Positions 40,441-54,871 are shown, counted from the whole stretch's first letter. The stretch is 63,001 nucleotides of DNA, filler included, from Octopus bimaculoides (GCF_001194135.2; 4 parts of 4 records of this genome joined end to end with filler, not necessarily neighbours in it); one strand, 5' to 3'. Notes: generated by a model not told the origin, from the letters alone. Program-made: numbers and translations.

Positions 40441-40999
40441 CTGTGGCGAACCTTTGCCTTTTGGCTTTTTGGACTTTGCCTTTCATCCTTTTGGATGTAC
40501 CAGTTGAGCACTGGGGTTGCTGGAATCGACTAACGCACCCCCCCACCACCAAATTGCTGGGCTTGTGCCAAAATTAGAAAGAATTATTTTCATAAAACTT
40601 CTTCACATACTTATTTAAACATTTATTTGAAAAGAAAGAAATTTAACATTTAAAAATAAAAAAAGTAACATTTGAAAAAATACCACTTTTTTTTTTACAT
40701 TTCAGAAATATTTTTGCCTTTGTTATGTTTTTTTTTCTTTCTTTACACATATATTTGGAGAGTAGATTATTAAATGCTTTAAATATCAACAATGGTCTAC
40801 TCGTTAGTTGATTATATATACATATATATATATGTGTGTGTATGTGTTTGTTTTGTTTCTTTTTTTCTTTCCATATGTTTGTGCATTAAAATCATCTTTC
40901 TTATTCAGTCAATCAGTAAAATCGTTTTCTCTAAACATAATCCTCTTTTATAAATAATCTTTGTATTTGCAGAGATGATTTTTCACTATTATAGAATTA

Positions 41000-41049
<50 letters not shown>

Positions 41050-41082
41050 GCTGTTGCTTTTGTTGTTGTTGATGTTGTCATC

Positions 41083-41151
<69 letters not shown>

Positions 41152-41614
41152 AGAATTACTAGTCTATCAGAATCTTATACTCTGCAATAAGTTACTTAAT
41201 TTTAATATTTAAAATTAGTCAAGTTAAAGGAAACATTGACATTTTATATTATTTCCAATACTCTGTGTGTGTGTGTGTGTGTGCATGTGTGTACGTGTGT
41301 ATATATATATACATATATATGCATACACGTATATACACACACATGGAAATTATATTTATGTATTATTCCTCTAAGATGGCGCTAAATCTACATGGAAACC
41401 TGTAGTTAACAATAAATGGTGAAACTGATGGCATTTTCTCTTGCAAAATATAAAATATGAAATAAGTTTTAGATGCAGCAGAAAATCTTTGGAAATAAGT
41501 TAAGTGAAAAGTTTAGGTTTCACATTAAAAAGGAGTCTAAAATTTCACAAATGTCCAACTATGATTGTCTTGATGTAAAATGGTAGAGCGTCAGGCAAAA
41601 TTCTGTAAACGTGA

Positions 41615-41790
41615 TGCAGATGGATGCTGACAGTGCCATAAAGAAGTACTGATCTCTCAGAGTAGATGGAACATGTGAAAGTGGGAGACCCAGGAAGACA
41701 TGGGGTGAGGTTCTGAAGAACACCCTCAAGACGCTGAACCTTTCAGGTGAGTTGACAAGGGATCAAGATGCCTGGTGCCTTGCTGTACTC
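41615..41790 (+). mobile_element. RTE-clade LINE 3' end
   Basis: MDADSAIKKY*SLRVDGTCESGRPRKTWGEVLKNTLKTLNLSGELTRDQDAWCLAVL (GRPRKTW...D...W); second copy on the minus strand at 49250-49480. Confidence 0.75.
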
Positions 41791-41911
41791 TGCAGCAGAA
41801 GTGTTAAGACCAGTCCCTCTGGTGGTGAAAAGTACTCATGGCGGTGCCTCATAAAAGCACTTGTGTGGCACCACATCATCATTACTATTATTATTGTTAT
41901 TGTTATTGTTA

Positions 41912-42125
41912 AGGTGGCGAGCTGGCAGAACCATTAGCACGCTGGGCAAAATGCTTAGTATTTCATCTGTCCTAATGTTCTGAGTTCAAATTCTGCAGAG
42001 GTCAATTTTGCCTTTCATCCTTTCAGGGTCAATGGAATAAGTACCAGTTACATATTGGGGTCAATGTAATTGACTGTCCCCCTCCCCCAAAGTTTCAGGC
42101 CTTGTGCCTATAGTAGAAGGGATTA
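41912..42125 (+). mobile_element. Family A SINE, CpG-decayed
   Basis: Collinear with the 17601 copy, but most CpGs are converted to TG/CA. Confidence 0.8.
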
Positions 42126-44387
42126 TTGTTATTATCATTGCAAAATCTTTTGGATTCTTATGGTATATAATATTATTATAAAAGTGAATATAACAATATC
42201 TTTGCTTTTGTTGTTGTAGTCACTTTTTAGCTCTTGGCAAGTCGGGATCAGGCTGACAGATCTATAATCAAAGGCATTCTAACCATGACTGTCTTGTCTT
42301 TTACCTATGTGTAATAAACTCAGTCCCTGTTCAAAATGCCTTTTTCGAAGATAATCGGGAAGTGTAATTCGAAGGAAACCCAACTGCTGTTTCCAGCAGG
42401 TCATCCAACCCTATAGAATCTCCGTGTTTTACATAGCCATCACGGCTCTTATTTATACAATTTATAATATTTCAGATTGAAATTGATAAAATTACTACCT
42501 AAAGTAGTTTATTTGTTTATTTAATAATTAACTTTCATGTACAGAGCAAATGCGATATTTTTCGATTGATTAATACACTTTCTTTAACAATATATCAGCC
42601 TCCCCCCCCTTTTTTTTTTTACTCTGCTCTGCTGTCTAATTGTCATCCCTTGTTGGAGGAGATCTTTATCATCTGACCGTGTTTCTTTATCTTATGGGGA
42701 ATCTATTATCTGACAATCTCCTCTTTATCCTATTTCGCTTTAGGCTCTTCTAGTGATTACACAGAATAACAACAACAATAAGAATAATAAGAATAACAAT
42801 AATAACAGGAAGAAACTACCAAAATGTGGAAAACAGTACCAAACATTTCTTATGTGTTCACTGACAGAATATGCCTTTGAAACATTTAAATTCAATGAAT
42901 TCTGCTGTGGACTTAAATTAAATTCTTATTTAAATGTAATCAGGAATGATATGCCATTGAATATTCTGGCTCTGAGATGGGCATTTGATATCAGTTTGTT
43001 GTGTAAAGTTAAAACATAAAATGCTAATGCTAATGGGGGGGGAAAAAAGAAAGACCATTTTGAAATTAAGATATTGATCAAGTATGTGTATATATATGTA
43101 TGTGTATATGTTTGTTTGTGTCTTTGTGTGTTTATGCATATGTGTATGTATATATGTATGTACGTATGTGTATATATAAATATATGTGTGTGTGTGTGTG
43201 TGTGTGTATCTATCTATTTATATATATATATGTGTGTGTGTGTATATATACATANNNNNNNNNNTATATATACACACATCATCATGTTAACATCAGCTTT
43301 TCCATGCTTACATGAGTCATACAGAATTCATTGAGGTAGCCTTTCCACAGCCTGATGCCTTTAGTGTCACCAACCCTTGCTTGTTTCCAAGCAAGGTAAT
43401 ATTTCCTGGTGGTTGGACATGGTTTACGTGGAACATTAGAAACAACTGACTTGGCTTGTATGACAGTGACTCTCATTTACAACTATCATGTGATGTCAAG
43501 ACATATATATATATATAAGTTTAAATAATCAGAAGATGGAGAAAACTTTTGGTCAACAAACAGACAAATTGGATGACATCTGTAGATTATTTTTTAATAC
43601 AAAACATGACATAACATTCCCGCTTCCTCTGCCAATCAGTGGTTACGCAAGAATTTTGAAAATAATATTCGTCATCTTCATAGGACATTTGATCTAGTAC
43701 ATGGAGTTTCATCAGAGTGAATACAAATGCGTAAAATAAAATAAATGAAGGGAATAGAAAAGAACAGGGCCTCAAGAAGAGACCAGTGGGCTCAGTATAT
43801 TAAAATCATACCATCTTCCAGTGTGGCGCTTTGAAGTCCATAGGCATAGTGTGCCTGCATACCCATGCCTAGGGATAGCACAGGTAATTGAAACCAATAA
43901 CAAATACAGATATTTTTATCCCTTAGTCATTACTATAACTGCTAAATCTGCTTACCTATATATATATATATATNNNNNNNNNNNNNNNNNNNNNNNNNNN
44001 NNNNNNNNNNNNNNNNNNNNNNNNNNNNNNNNNNNNNNNNNNNNNNNNNNNNNNNNNNNNNNNNNNNNNNNNNNNNNNNNNNNNNNNNNNNNNNNNNNNN
44101 NNNNNNNNNNNNNNNNNNNNNNNNNNNNNNNNNNNNNNNNNNNNNNNNNNNNNNNNNNNNNNNNNNNNNNNNNNNNNNNNNNNNNNNNNNNNNNNNNNNN
44201 NNNNNNNNNNNNNNNNNNNNNNNNNNNNNNNNNNNNNNNNNNNNNNNNNNNNNNNNNNNNNNNNNNNNNNNNNNNNNNNNNNNNNNNNNNNNNNNNNNNN
44301 NNNNNNNNNNNNNNNNNNNNNNNNNNNNNNNNNNNNNNNNNNNNNNNNNNNNNNNNNNNNNNNNNNNNNNNNNNNNNNNNNNNNNNA

Positions 44388-44632
44388 TTTAGGATGGTTG
44401 TGCTAGAAAAGCAGAAAATTTGAAGGCAAATCTAATAAGCATTAATTAGATCATCAATAAACTGTGTGATAGGTAGTCTCTTATTCGTTGTTTCTGTTAT
44501 CAAACATTTTGAACATTTGTGAGTATTAATATGATATCATGCTTTCTAATGCTTATTGTTTACCTCAAATAGATTTTGTGATAATGTAAAACGGCATTTC
44601 ACGGATTTTCTGTTTTCCTAGCGACCACCCTG
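44388..44632 (+). mobile_element. Right end of a Tc1/mariner-type element
   Basis: Ends ...ctagcgaccaccctg|TA (reverse complement CAGGGTGGTCGCTAG). Confidence 0.45.
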
Positions 44633-44638
44633 TATTTT

Positions 44639-44671
<33 letters not shown>

Positions 44672-45869
44672 ATATACACACTTACACAACAGGCTTCTTT
44701 CACTTTTCATTTGTTACATCCACTCACAATGCTTTTTAATCAGCCTGGGCTTAGAGTAGAAGACATTTGTCCAACAGGCAATGCTGTAGGACTGAACCTG
44801 AGACCTATAGGACTGAGAACCAAGCTACTTAACCATACAGCCGTGCCTGCATCTATAATGATAAAATAGGAATTGGCTGTTAAAAGTGCCTTGCATTTGG
44901 AGTTATTAATTGTAACTGCTATCACTCATTAATTTGAGATATCTTCCTGTTATTTTATCCTTTTGATATTTTCATTTGTGGACAAATTGAAAAATATCAG
45001 ATGGATTCAAATCACTCTGCTCCAGAGCCCTCAATGAGCAGGATTGGCAAGCAACAAAGATGACAAATCAATAGCTTGTACTTTTGTCAAAGAAATCCAT
45101 TATATAGCGTTCAACGCAGCAGTAAATTTCCTTTCATTTTGTATGAGAAAAGAAAATAATAAACATGCACCCAAAAACACCTGAACACATTGGAAAATGT
45201 GTATTTAAAGGGGAATATATATAGCTTAAAGTGTTGAGCTTTCATAGAGTTTAACAAGATGTTAGCAGCTTAAGTATTTCTTATACAATAAACTCACTGT
45301 TACAATCGCTGGCTTAAGAGACTTTGCATGTCTATCATGATTACATACTTTTAATAAATGGCACACTCATTAAAATTAACCAATCCCCGAGGTCTTGATA
45401 GTTCATCCTGTTCTCTAATTACTTTCCTCGTTATATCTCTATCCATCTTAACACTGTTGCAGTCATGGCCTCCATTATCCTTGTCATTGATCTCTTTGCT
45501 GATTTAGTTTAGATGAACGACGACGATGATGATGATGATGATGATGATGACGATGACGATGATGATGATGATGATGAGCCATCTTGGACTATTCCTTTTA
45601 TGTCTACCTTCCATCAGATACGAAAATACATAAAAACAAATAAACTAACTACCTATATTTATTGATTCATCTAATAGTTTGCCTATTGATTCTGCTTTAA
45701 ATCAAACATCCATAAGTCATTTCTTGTTCTACTGCAGCAAAAATGAAAAAAAGAAATTTTCAACATTTACTTCCAATATCCTTCACATTGTTCGTCTCCA
45801 TGTCATAATAATCTTCACTTTATTACTTTCAATAATTTTACATGCGAGTGTGTACATGTATGTATGTAT

Positions 45870-45963
<94 letters not shown>

Positions 45964-47273
45964 GGTGTATGTGATTCTAAACTTCTGTTTCTGTTTATTT
46001 CTTTATTTTCTCTCTCCCTCTCTCTCTTTTCCTCCCTCTCCACCTCTTCCCCCTCCCCTCTCTTCCTCCCTCTCCCCTATCTCTTCCTCCCCTTCTCCCC
46101 ATCCCCTCTCCTTCCCCCTCTCTCTTCATCCCCCTCTCTCCTTCCCTTCTCTCTTAGGTCAGTTTTATTCTGTCCATCTTGTCACATTAGGTTTGTTTCT
46201 GTACAGTGACCCTGTTTCCCTGCAATATAGTCTAACACACCCTTCACTTAGCAGTCATTCAAAATAGCCTTTTGTGGTGGTCATCAACACATACGTCTTA
46301 CAATAAAGACACTACTTTCTTCTTATCACTCAATTCATATTTGTAAAAGCTTTGCTCAGATCACAGATCATAAAGATCCTCTAACACTTAGATCATACTC
46401 TACTAATTACTATTCTTCATATCCAATCCTAAATGGAATATTAATTGATTTCTTTTGGTAACTTTGACAATCTGATTAATTATTCTTAATTGCAACAAAT
46501 AACAACAGATGTCTTGTTGTTAGCATATTGTTCCTGCTTGTATTTTGCTATTGTTGTTGTTGTTGTTGTTAATAAATCTATCTGGTCTCTGCCAATTTAC
46601 TGTCTTTGTTCTAGTATTCCGGTATTGGTTTTGGAGCTCTGTGCCATGCACTCAAATCCCACCAAGGTCAACTTTGCCATTCATCATTCCTTAGTCAATA
46701 AACAAAGTACCAATCCAGAAGTGGCAACACTGGCCATGCTGGGGCCACAGTCTAAGAATTTTTAGTCGAATGAATTGACTCCCAGTACATTTTTTTTTAA
46801 AGCCTGGCACTTATTCTATCGATCTGTTTTGCTGAACTGCCAAGTTACAGGAATGTAAACAAAACCAACACTGGTTGGGGGTGGGGAGACACACACACAT
46901 ATATGACAAGCTTCTTTCAGTTTCCATCTACCAAATCCATTCGCAAGGCTTTGATTGGTCTGAGGCTATAATAGAAGACATTTGCCCAAGGTGCCACACA
47001 GTGGGACTGAACTCAGAACCATGTTGCTGGGAAGCAAACTTCTTACCACACAACCATGCCTGCATATGGTCAATTTAAGGGAGATTTAGCTTTTTCGATC
47101 TGGTCGAGTAAACCTTAGTGTAGTTCTTCATTGGCTTGTAGAACAGGTTTCTTGTGTTGTATTAAACATAAATATCAAACCAAAAATATTGAAGAGAGAG
47201 TCCATATAGGGACAGGAGTGGCACTTTATGCTTGTGTGAAGGCCATGCATAAAGGTGTTGGGGGTGGATATAA

Positions 47274-47389
47274 CTAGAATTTCCTCCTCCTCCTCTTCCT
47301 CCTCTGCTTCTGGCTTTGCTCAGCCTCCAGTTTCATGTTGTGTGCTTCTGTTCTGTCAATAAGGTCAGTGTCGTTGAGTGACCTTCGTC
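47274..47389 (-). CDS. Candidate terminal exon of an unidentified gene
   Basis: ctctgaaattctaatacag|GA; (G/R)RRSLNDTDLIDRTEAHNMKLEAEQSQKQRRKRRRRKF*; CpGs retained in a CpG-poor setting; basic NLS-like tail, partly a GAG repeat. Confidence 0.45.
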
Positions 47390-47484
47390 CTGTATTAGAA
47401 TTTCAGAGAGAACTGTGTTTCTTTCAATAAAAACTAAACTCGATCTAATTTTAGAAAGCCTTCTTACCCCAGCAAAGAAATCAC

Positions 47485-47517
<33 letters not shown>

Positions 47518-48935
47518 CATTTCATAATGGCCAGAACATCAATAAAGTAACATGAACATAATAGATTAAATAGCAAAGGATAGATCTGGCTGAAACAGGC
47601 GGTGGGTGNNNNNNNNNNAAAACATAAAAAGAAATAAAAGACATGTTAAGAGAGCACCGGAAAGTTATATGATGTTGTGACTAGAGTAAAGACTTAAGAG
47701 ATGAAGTAGAAGTCACTAATGAGGCTAGGTTAAGCGGTATGCTTGAATATGTTGTTCCTAAACATCATTTATTTCATTTTAGGTCGTCCATGAATGAAGA
47801 ACTTTCTGTCAATCAGTCATAAAAAAAGAAAGACAAGAGATTTCAACAGGAAATATATACTCTGGGTTTGACTACTTTATTTTGGAACACTTACACAAAC
47901 TCATACTTATATATATGCGTGTGTGTTTATCTATGTATTATATGTATGTATATATATATATATATATAATAAACATGTCATAATTATATATCATTGTACT
48001 AATAGAACTTCATAGCATTCATTGGACACCAGATCTACTCTCTATGGCCACTGCTGCCAACTTCTAAACCCACAATTAACTGCATTTCACAAAAACGCAA
48101 AAAACATCTGTAAGAGCAACAAGAAGGAAATATGGGACCTGCACAACCTCTTTGTTTATGTATGCCTTTTTGTTTTTTGAATTTGTTTTGTTTTTTGTTT
48201 TTGGTCAAACAAGAAAGGGAAGTGTCTCTGACCTTGATCTAACCTCTGCAAATTGTGGATGGAACCAATGAGATAGAGAGAGAGAGAAAGAAAACCCATG
48301 ACTTTTGAGTTGACGCTAACCATTATTTACACCCCTACAAGTAGCCCTGCTGGAAATCTGAAGCCACATGTGGACCTATATATATATATATATATATNNN
48401 NNNNNNNNNNNNNNNNNNNNNNNNNNNNNNNNNNNNNNNNNNNNNNNNNNNNNNNNNNNNNNNNNNNNNNNNNNNNNNNNNNNNNNNNNNNNNNNNNNNN
48501 NNNNNNNNNNNNNNNNNNNNNNNNNNNNNNNNNNNNNNNNNNNNNNNNNNNNNNNNNNNNNNNNNNNNNNNNNNNNNNNNNNNNNNNNNNNNNNNNNNNN
48601 NNNNNNNNNNNNNNNNNNNNNNNNNNNNNNNNNNNNNNNNNNNNNNNNNNNNNNNNNNNNNNNNNNNNNNNNNNNNNNNNNNNNNNNNNNNNNNNNNNNN
48701 NNNNNNNNNNNNNNNNNNNNNNNNNNNNNNNNNNNNNNNNNNNNNNNNNNNNNNNNNNNNNNNNNNNNNNNNNNNNNNNNNNNNNNNNNNNNNNNNNNNN
48801 NNNNNNNNNNNNNNNNNNNNNNNNNNNNNNNNNNNNNNNNNNNNNNNNNNNNNNNNNNNNNNNNNNNNNNNNNNNNNNNNNNNNNNNNNNNNNNNNNNNN
48901 NNNNNNNNNNNNNNNNNNNNNNNNNNNNNNNNNNN

Positions 48936-48978
<43 letters not shown>

Positions 48979-50893
48979 ATGTATGTATGTCATCATCATC
49001 ATCATTTAGCATCTGTTGTCCATGCTGGCATAGGTTGGACAGTTTGACAGGGCTGGCACACTGGAAAGCTGCACCAGACTCCAGCCTGATTTGGCATGGT
49101 TTTCTATGGCTAGATGTCCTTCCTAACACCAACCACTCCGAGAGTGTAATTGGTGCTATTAATGTGACACCAGCACAACCACTTTTACGTAGTGTGCCAG
49201 TAGGAATGCTTTCTATGTGGTACCAGCACAGGACCCTTGCAGGCCAATCCTTTTCATCAGTGGGTGCAGCCTTAATACTTCTGTTGTGGAGGATGGGTCT
49301 TCTTGATACAGCAAGGCACCAGGTACCTCAGTCTTTTGTCATCTCTTCTGAAAGGTTCAGTGTCCTGAGATCATCCTTCGGTACCTTCATCTCACATCTT
49401 CCATGAGTTCCATCCACTTTGAGTGATTAGCATTTCTTTATGGAGTCATCCGCTTAACATGACCAAACCATTCTTCTCTCTTGCACTATGTATGTATATA
49501 ATATACACTTATACAGAGCAGGTTTCTCTCAGTTTCTGCTTATTAAATCCACAAGGTCTGGAGCCATAGTAGAAAACACTTGGACTGTGGGACTGAACCT
49601 GAAACCACATGGGGTTGGGAAATTAACTTCCTGACCACACAGCTATGCCTGCATCTATTATGTAATTTGAAAATTATTTTTATTATGAGGAGTGTCAGGT
49701 GTTGTAGGTAAATTAATTGTTCCTATGAATTAAGTTAAAAATAGCATAATCGTTAAAGCATTTAAGCACAACTAATGGAATATTTTAAAATGATAAATCT
49801 ATTAACATTATAGAAACCAGTGAACTGTTGCATTGCAATCCCTAATAATCAGGGAACCTAACACCAACTTTGTACATTGCTGGTTTTGTAAATGGCAGAA
49901 ACTGTACATCAGGATGTTGTAATAGTCAATTCATGTGGGATGCTAAAATGCAATTGTCAAAGTTGTAAAACAGCAACAACAATCATCATCATCATGATTG
50001 GTATTATAAGGCAGTCAGCTGGCAGAATTGTTAGCATGCTGGGCAAAATGCTTAGCTGCATTTCCTCCATCTTTACATTTAATTTCTGCCACGGTCAACT
50101 TGGCCTTCCATCCTTTTGGGGGTCAATAAAACCCAATGTTTAACTGGTACTTACACATCATAAGAATGTGGTTTCGATTCCATGACAGGGCAATGTGTTG
50201 TGTTCTTGAGCAAAATATTTCATTTCACATTGTTCCAGTCCACACAACTGGTAAAAAGGAGTAATCCTGTGACAGACTGGCATCCCATCCAGGAGGGGAA
50301 CATATATGTCAGAGTAATGTGAACCAACCATTGAGGGAGATGGCTTTTCTGCCAGGTGTTGACGGACAGGGACAGGTGTCTAGCTGTTGTGGAGATGCAT
50401 GGCTACCCCAGCAGGTAAGAGCGAAAGGATGATGGGGATGAGGTGCCAGTGCATAGCCTCAAGGTAAAGAGAATGACAAGAAAGAAAGGTGAGTGTCAGA
50501 TGGTTAAAGCTGAATAAATAAATAGCTTGATGGAAATAAATAGTTCTATCAAATTTATTTGTTGATGTAGACTTGATCCATTAGGATGAGTAATTACTCA
50601 TGCAAATATTTAAATTTACAAAACTATCTAACCTACACTAAAATCAAGCACCAAAAACAAACATCTTTCCCCCCTCACTCAGTCACTCACACAATACCTT
50701 GTTTCTTAGGTATTTTCATTTCAATTAAAATGTTTGTATTCTCTCTCTCTCTCTCCCTCTCTCTTTCTCTTTCTGTCTCTCTTTCCCTCTCTCTGTTTCT
50801 GTCTTTCTTTTTCTCTCTCTCCTTCAAGTACCAATATGGCTGTCTTTCATCGACTCTTATGTCTGTCTTGATAGAATGTGAAAGCAGGGTTAC

Positions 50894-50969
50894 CAAACGA
50901 CTTATTACTCATCCCGTCCAACTTGTCAGTCAGCCACTGAGGAAGTGAATCCGCCTTGTCCAGTATTAT
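50894..50969 (-). CDS. Candidate internal exon (phase 0->1)
   Basis: First AG after a ctaat/pyrimidine tract; IILDKADSLPQWLTDKLDGMSNKSF(G)|gtaacc; joins the 47389 exon in frame. Confidence 0.35.
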
Positions 50970-51616
50970 CTTTTGTTTATAACAGCATCAGATGTGTAAG
51001 GAGGAAAAATTAGGTTAACCTAATAATACAGTTACATTGTGACATGGTTGTGTTATATTGGCCATTTAAACACACACACACACACACACACGTGTGCCAA
51101 ACACATGTGCACACACACACGTGCACACACTCACACGTTCTCTCTTCTACTCACATATGCTTCTTTTTTTCTTTTGTTTCTCTATTAGTTGGGTCTGAAG
51201 GAAGCAGCTATATCCAAGGTGCTGCCATTAAAATTCCATCTAATCCTTCAGGCACCAACACACCTGAAACTGCCCCCCACCATCGGATCTATGATTACAG
51301 ACTCTTATTTTAAAGTGATCTTAATTAAAACAAACCTTTCATTAGAATTCCATGTGAGTTTGTATTCTAAACACCAGCTTAATAACGACAAAATTATTTT
51401 AATTTATATCTTTTATGACTTTCAAAGCTTATTGAAACCAAGAATGTCTATTTCATTAGAAATATGGTAGGGGCTGGTATTGCTGTGTGGTAAGAAGTTT
51501 GCTTGCCAACCTCATGGTTCTGGGTTCAGTCCCACTAAGTGACACGTTTGACAAGTGTCTTCTGATATAGCCTTGGGAGTGGAGATTTGGGAGATGGAAA
51601 CTGAAAGAAGTCTGTC

Positions 51617-51658
<42 letters not shown>

Positions 51659-51913
51659 AGAGTGAGAGTGATATATATTCACACACACACACATACACAT
51701 ACATGTATGTATATATTAATGTGTGTGTGCGTCTTTGTGTCTGTATTTTTCCCGCACCACCATTTGACATACAGTGTTGGTGTGTTTACATCCCTGTATA
51801 TATCATCATTATTATTATCATCATCGTTTAACATCTGCTTTACATGCTGGCATGGGTTGGACTGTTTTATTAGGAGCTGGCTAGGCAGAAGACTGCACCA
51901 TGCTTCACTGTCT

Positions 51914-51968
<55 letters not shown>

Positions 51969-52272
51969 TATATATACACACATATATATATATGCAAATA
52001 TGTTTACACATAGCATAAAAGATACAGAATACTAAGAAGTGAATACACAATTTTTTAACTCGACAGCTGTTTCATGAAGCTCAGAGTTACATGATAATTG
52101 TAATGTTCATATTTTGCATATACGTTGAATGTTGACTATGATTAGAAAGGTTACTCAATACCATAATGGTTGAACCAGTCTTTTGCTATTCTGGAGTTTT
52201 ATCTATATGGTTCACAGAATCATCAGGCAAGTTATGGTTCTCCTAGGATCATCAGGTACAATTATAACTCAC

Positions 52273-52301
52273 CTCATGACCTTCTGGGCACACAGGTGAA
52301 A
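52273..52301 (-). CDS. Candidate 29-nt exon
   Basis: gttactctacag|TTTCACCTGTGTGCCCAGAAGGTCATGAG|gtgagt (consensus donor); reads FHLCAQKVM or VSPVCPEGHE. Confidence 0.45.
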
Positions 52302-52616
52302 CTGTAGAGTAACATGTGACTGACTCAACCAAAATAAATACATTTGTGTGTTTGTGTGTGCATGTGTGTGTGTTTGTGTGTAGCCACCGATGCTTTTAAT
52401 GCATGCAAATTAAGTTCTCATAACACTTTAAAATATAAACTTACCATAATTATTATTTTGTTTTCAATAGATTGTGATATTTCTTTTTTTGTAGTTGTTT
52501 TTTCTTTTAATTGCGATTGTTGATAAATTAAAATAACAGTTGTAATCACGCAGGCAAGAAACGCTCATGTTTACCTGTGAAAGTACATACTTGTGAATTT
52601 CTATTTATAAACCCAC

Positions 52617-52675
52617 CTCTGCCTGCCACTGATGCAGTGCAATGAATTCTCCATGTTTGTAATTTAATTTACTTC
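52617..52675 (-). CDS. Candidate exon 3' part (5' end in gap)
   Basis: Only one frame is open from the gap to GAG|gtgggt: SKLNYKHGEFIALHQWQAE. Confidence 0.4.
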
Positions 52676-53328
52676 NNNNNNNNNNNNNNNNNNNNNNNNN
52701 NNNNNNNNNNNNNNNNNNNNNNNNNNNNNNNNNNNNNNNNNNNNNNNNNNNNNNNNNNNNNNNNNNNNNNNNNNNNNNNNNNNNNNNNNNNNNNNNNNNN
52801 NNNNNNNNNNNNNNNNNNNNNNNNNNNNNNNNNNNNNNNNNNNNNNNNNNNNNNNNNNNNNNNNNNNNNNNNNNNNNNNNNNNNNNNNNNNNNNNNNNNN
52901 NNNNNNNNNNNNNNNNNNNNNNNNNNNNNNNNNNNNNNNNNNNNNNNNNNNNNNNNNNNNNNNNNNNNNNNNNNNNNNNNNNNNNNNNNNNNNNNNNNNN
53001 NNNNNNNNNNNNNNNNNNNNNNNNNNNNNNNNNNNNNNNNNNNNNNNNNNNNNNNNNNNNNNNNNNNNNNNNNNTTTATTACATTATCTCATTGTTTTCA
53101 TAGTTACCTGGATAATGTCATCTTTTTTATTTTCCTTTCCTTCTTATTTTTTAATCAAGTAAATGACAACTTGTGAATGCTTAGAAAATAGCAAAGAAAT
53201 GTAAAATGATAACAAAATGATTTCAAATGTACTAGTTATAACATTTGTTACACATTTAAATTAAAAAAAAAAAAAACAACATACACACATTTATTCATGT
53301 TTTTTTTTATATTTATTGAACTCTAAAG

Positions 53329-53435
53329 ACTGTATGCGCTCTTCTGCTCTTTTATGGCACTCTGTTCAGTCTCTACAATGGGAATGTTTGAACTTACAAA
53401 AGAGATTTTAAGTGGTTTCTTAATATTCTTTATTG
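53329..53435 (+). CDS. Candidate exon encoding a hydrophobic segment
   Basis: ctctaaag|A...ATTG|gtaggc; LYALFCSFMALCSVSTMGMFELTKEILSGFLIFFI(G); opposite strand to the neighbouring candidates. Confidence 0.3.
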
Positions 53436-53795
53436 GTAGGCTCATGTCTGTGTGAAAGTAATATAATATTGTAAACGTATGGTTCAGAAGTTCACTTCCC
53501 AATCACATGGTTTCAGGTTCAATCCCACCATGTGACACCTTGAGCAGGTGTCTTCTAATATAGCACTGGGCTAGCCAAAGCTGTGTGAGAGAGATTTATT
53601 TGGTAGACAGAAACTAAAAGAAGCCCATTGTGTATGTATGTATGTATATGTCCAAACATACACACGCATGCACACACACACACACATTCAGTCAACTGAG
53701 CCAGAAAGCTAGCTTTGAAGCTTATAAAACTTTAAGTCACATAGGGCCAAATCAAACTGTTTTAAACAACAACAACAACAGTAATAATAATAATA

Positions 53796-53823
<28 letters not shown>

Positions 53824-53826
<3 letters not shown>

Positions 53827-54180
53827 GAGCACTCAGAGAGTACAAACCTCCACCAAGGTCCTCTCATTGATTAGTCAGAGATGATTTTTAAAATGAGAAT
53901 ATCCAAAATGAACTCGACTGCTCTCACAGACGAGAATACTAAAAATGAACCCGAGTGCTCTCAAGAATTAAGTAAAAAAAAAAAACAGGAAAAAGAATCC
54001 AGAATCCTTGTCCGGTACCAGATCAGTCCCAAAATCTAATCAGTTCGTGCCAGACATGAGGTCAAACATCCCTGAAAGTTTCATCCGAATCCATCCAGTG
54101 GTTCTTGAGATATCTTGTCCACAGACAAACAAACACAACTGAAAACAATACCTCCGCCTTCGCTAAGGTGGAGGTAATAA
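53824..54180 (+). mobile_element. Non-autonomous Helentron/HINE-like element
   Basis: 5' subterminal aacctccaccaagg; 3' hairpin tacctccgcctt-cgct-aaggtggaggta; inserted at the end of an (AAT)n run. Confidence 0.5.
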
Positions 54181-54871
54181 CTGCCAAGGTCAATCTGATC
54201 CAGCTAACCTATGACCAAAAGCATTCCAACTGTGGCCATCTCATTGTTTTATCTATCATGGACTTTTCTAAAGATCATAGCTGCGAATTGGAGGAAATTT
54301 TGGCTGCTATTTCTAGTTGGACAAGCAATCATGTGCAGTCTTCCACTTCCACCTCACCATCTTTTGACTCATGTTAGTTGTTGCTACTGTTTTGCCCCAA
54401 ATAAACCTTGATTCAGCTTACCTATGGTCAAAGACTTCCAAGCATGACGATCCCATCATTTTGCATATCAGGGACTACATTGTACTAGATGTTTGCCTTT
54501 CTTATATTCATTTTTTTTTAAAGATGGTAGTGTATGGTTGATTTGAAGAAGATTGAGCAGCTATTTCTAGCATTTCAATCAACCACATAAATACACCTTT
54601 ATTGGTGTGTTCCTGTTAGATGGAGTAGTGATTGCCATGGCAGCAGCAGTGATGATAAATTACACAGATTAATGTAATGATGATGATGATGATGTTGATG
54701 ATTGTAGTAATGTTTATCTTAATAGCAATGATAACGACAGTGGCGGTGGCTGTGAAGAAGATAGTGGTAGTGAGAAGTTAATTTGTTAGAAGTCATTTCA
54801 AATAATTGACCAATTTTTAAAACTAATTTTCCATTTTAATCTATGAAACTGTGGTTAATTATGTGTTACAG

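Noticed and set aside
45690-45740. Minus-strand RTRNDLWMFDLKQNQ*, kelch-like
   Set aside because: Stops at once, has no donor and no other kelch repeats are nearby.
50940-50969. IILDKAD resembling RFC (IILDEAD) or EHD/sarcalumenin (IILNKAD) motifs
   Set aside because: Flanking residues and exon context do not match either family.
51189-51313. Protein-like frame GSEGSSYIQGAAIKIPSNPSGTNTPETAPHHRIYDYRLLF
   Set aside because: It runs into the piggyBac-like MITE sequence also present at 35.7 and 39.2 kb.
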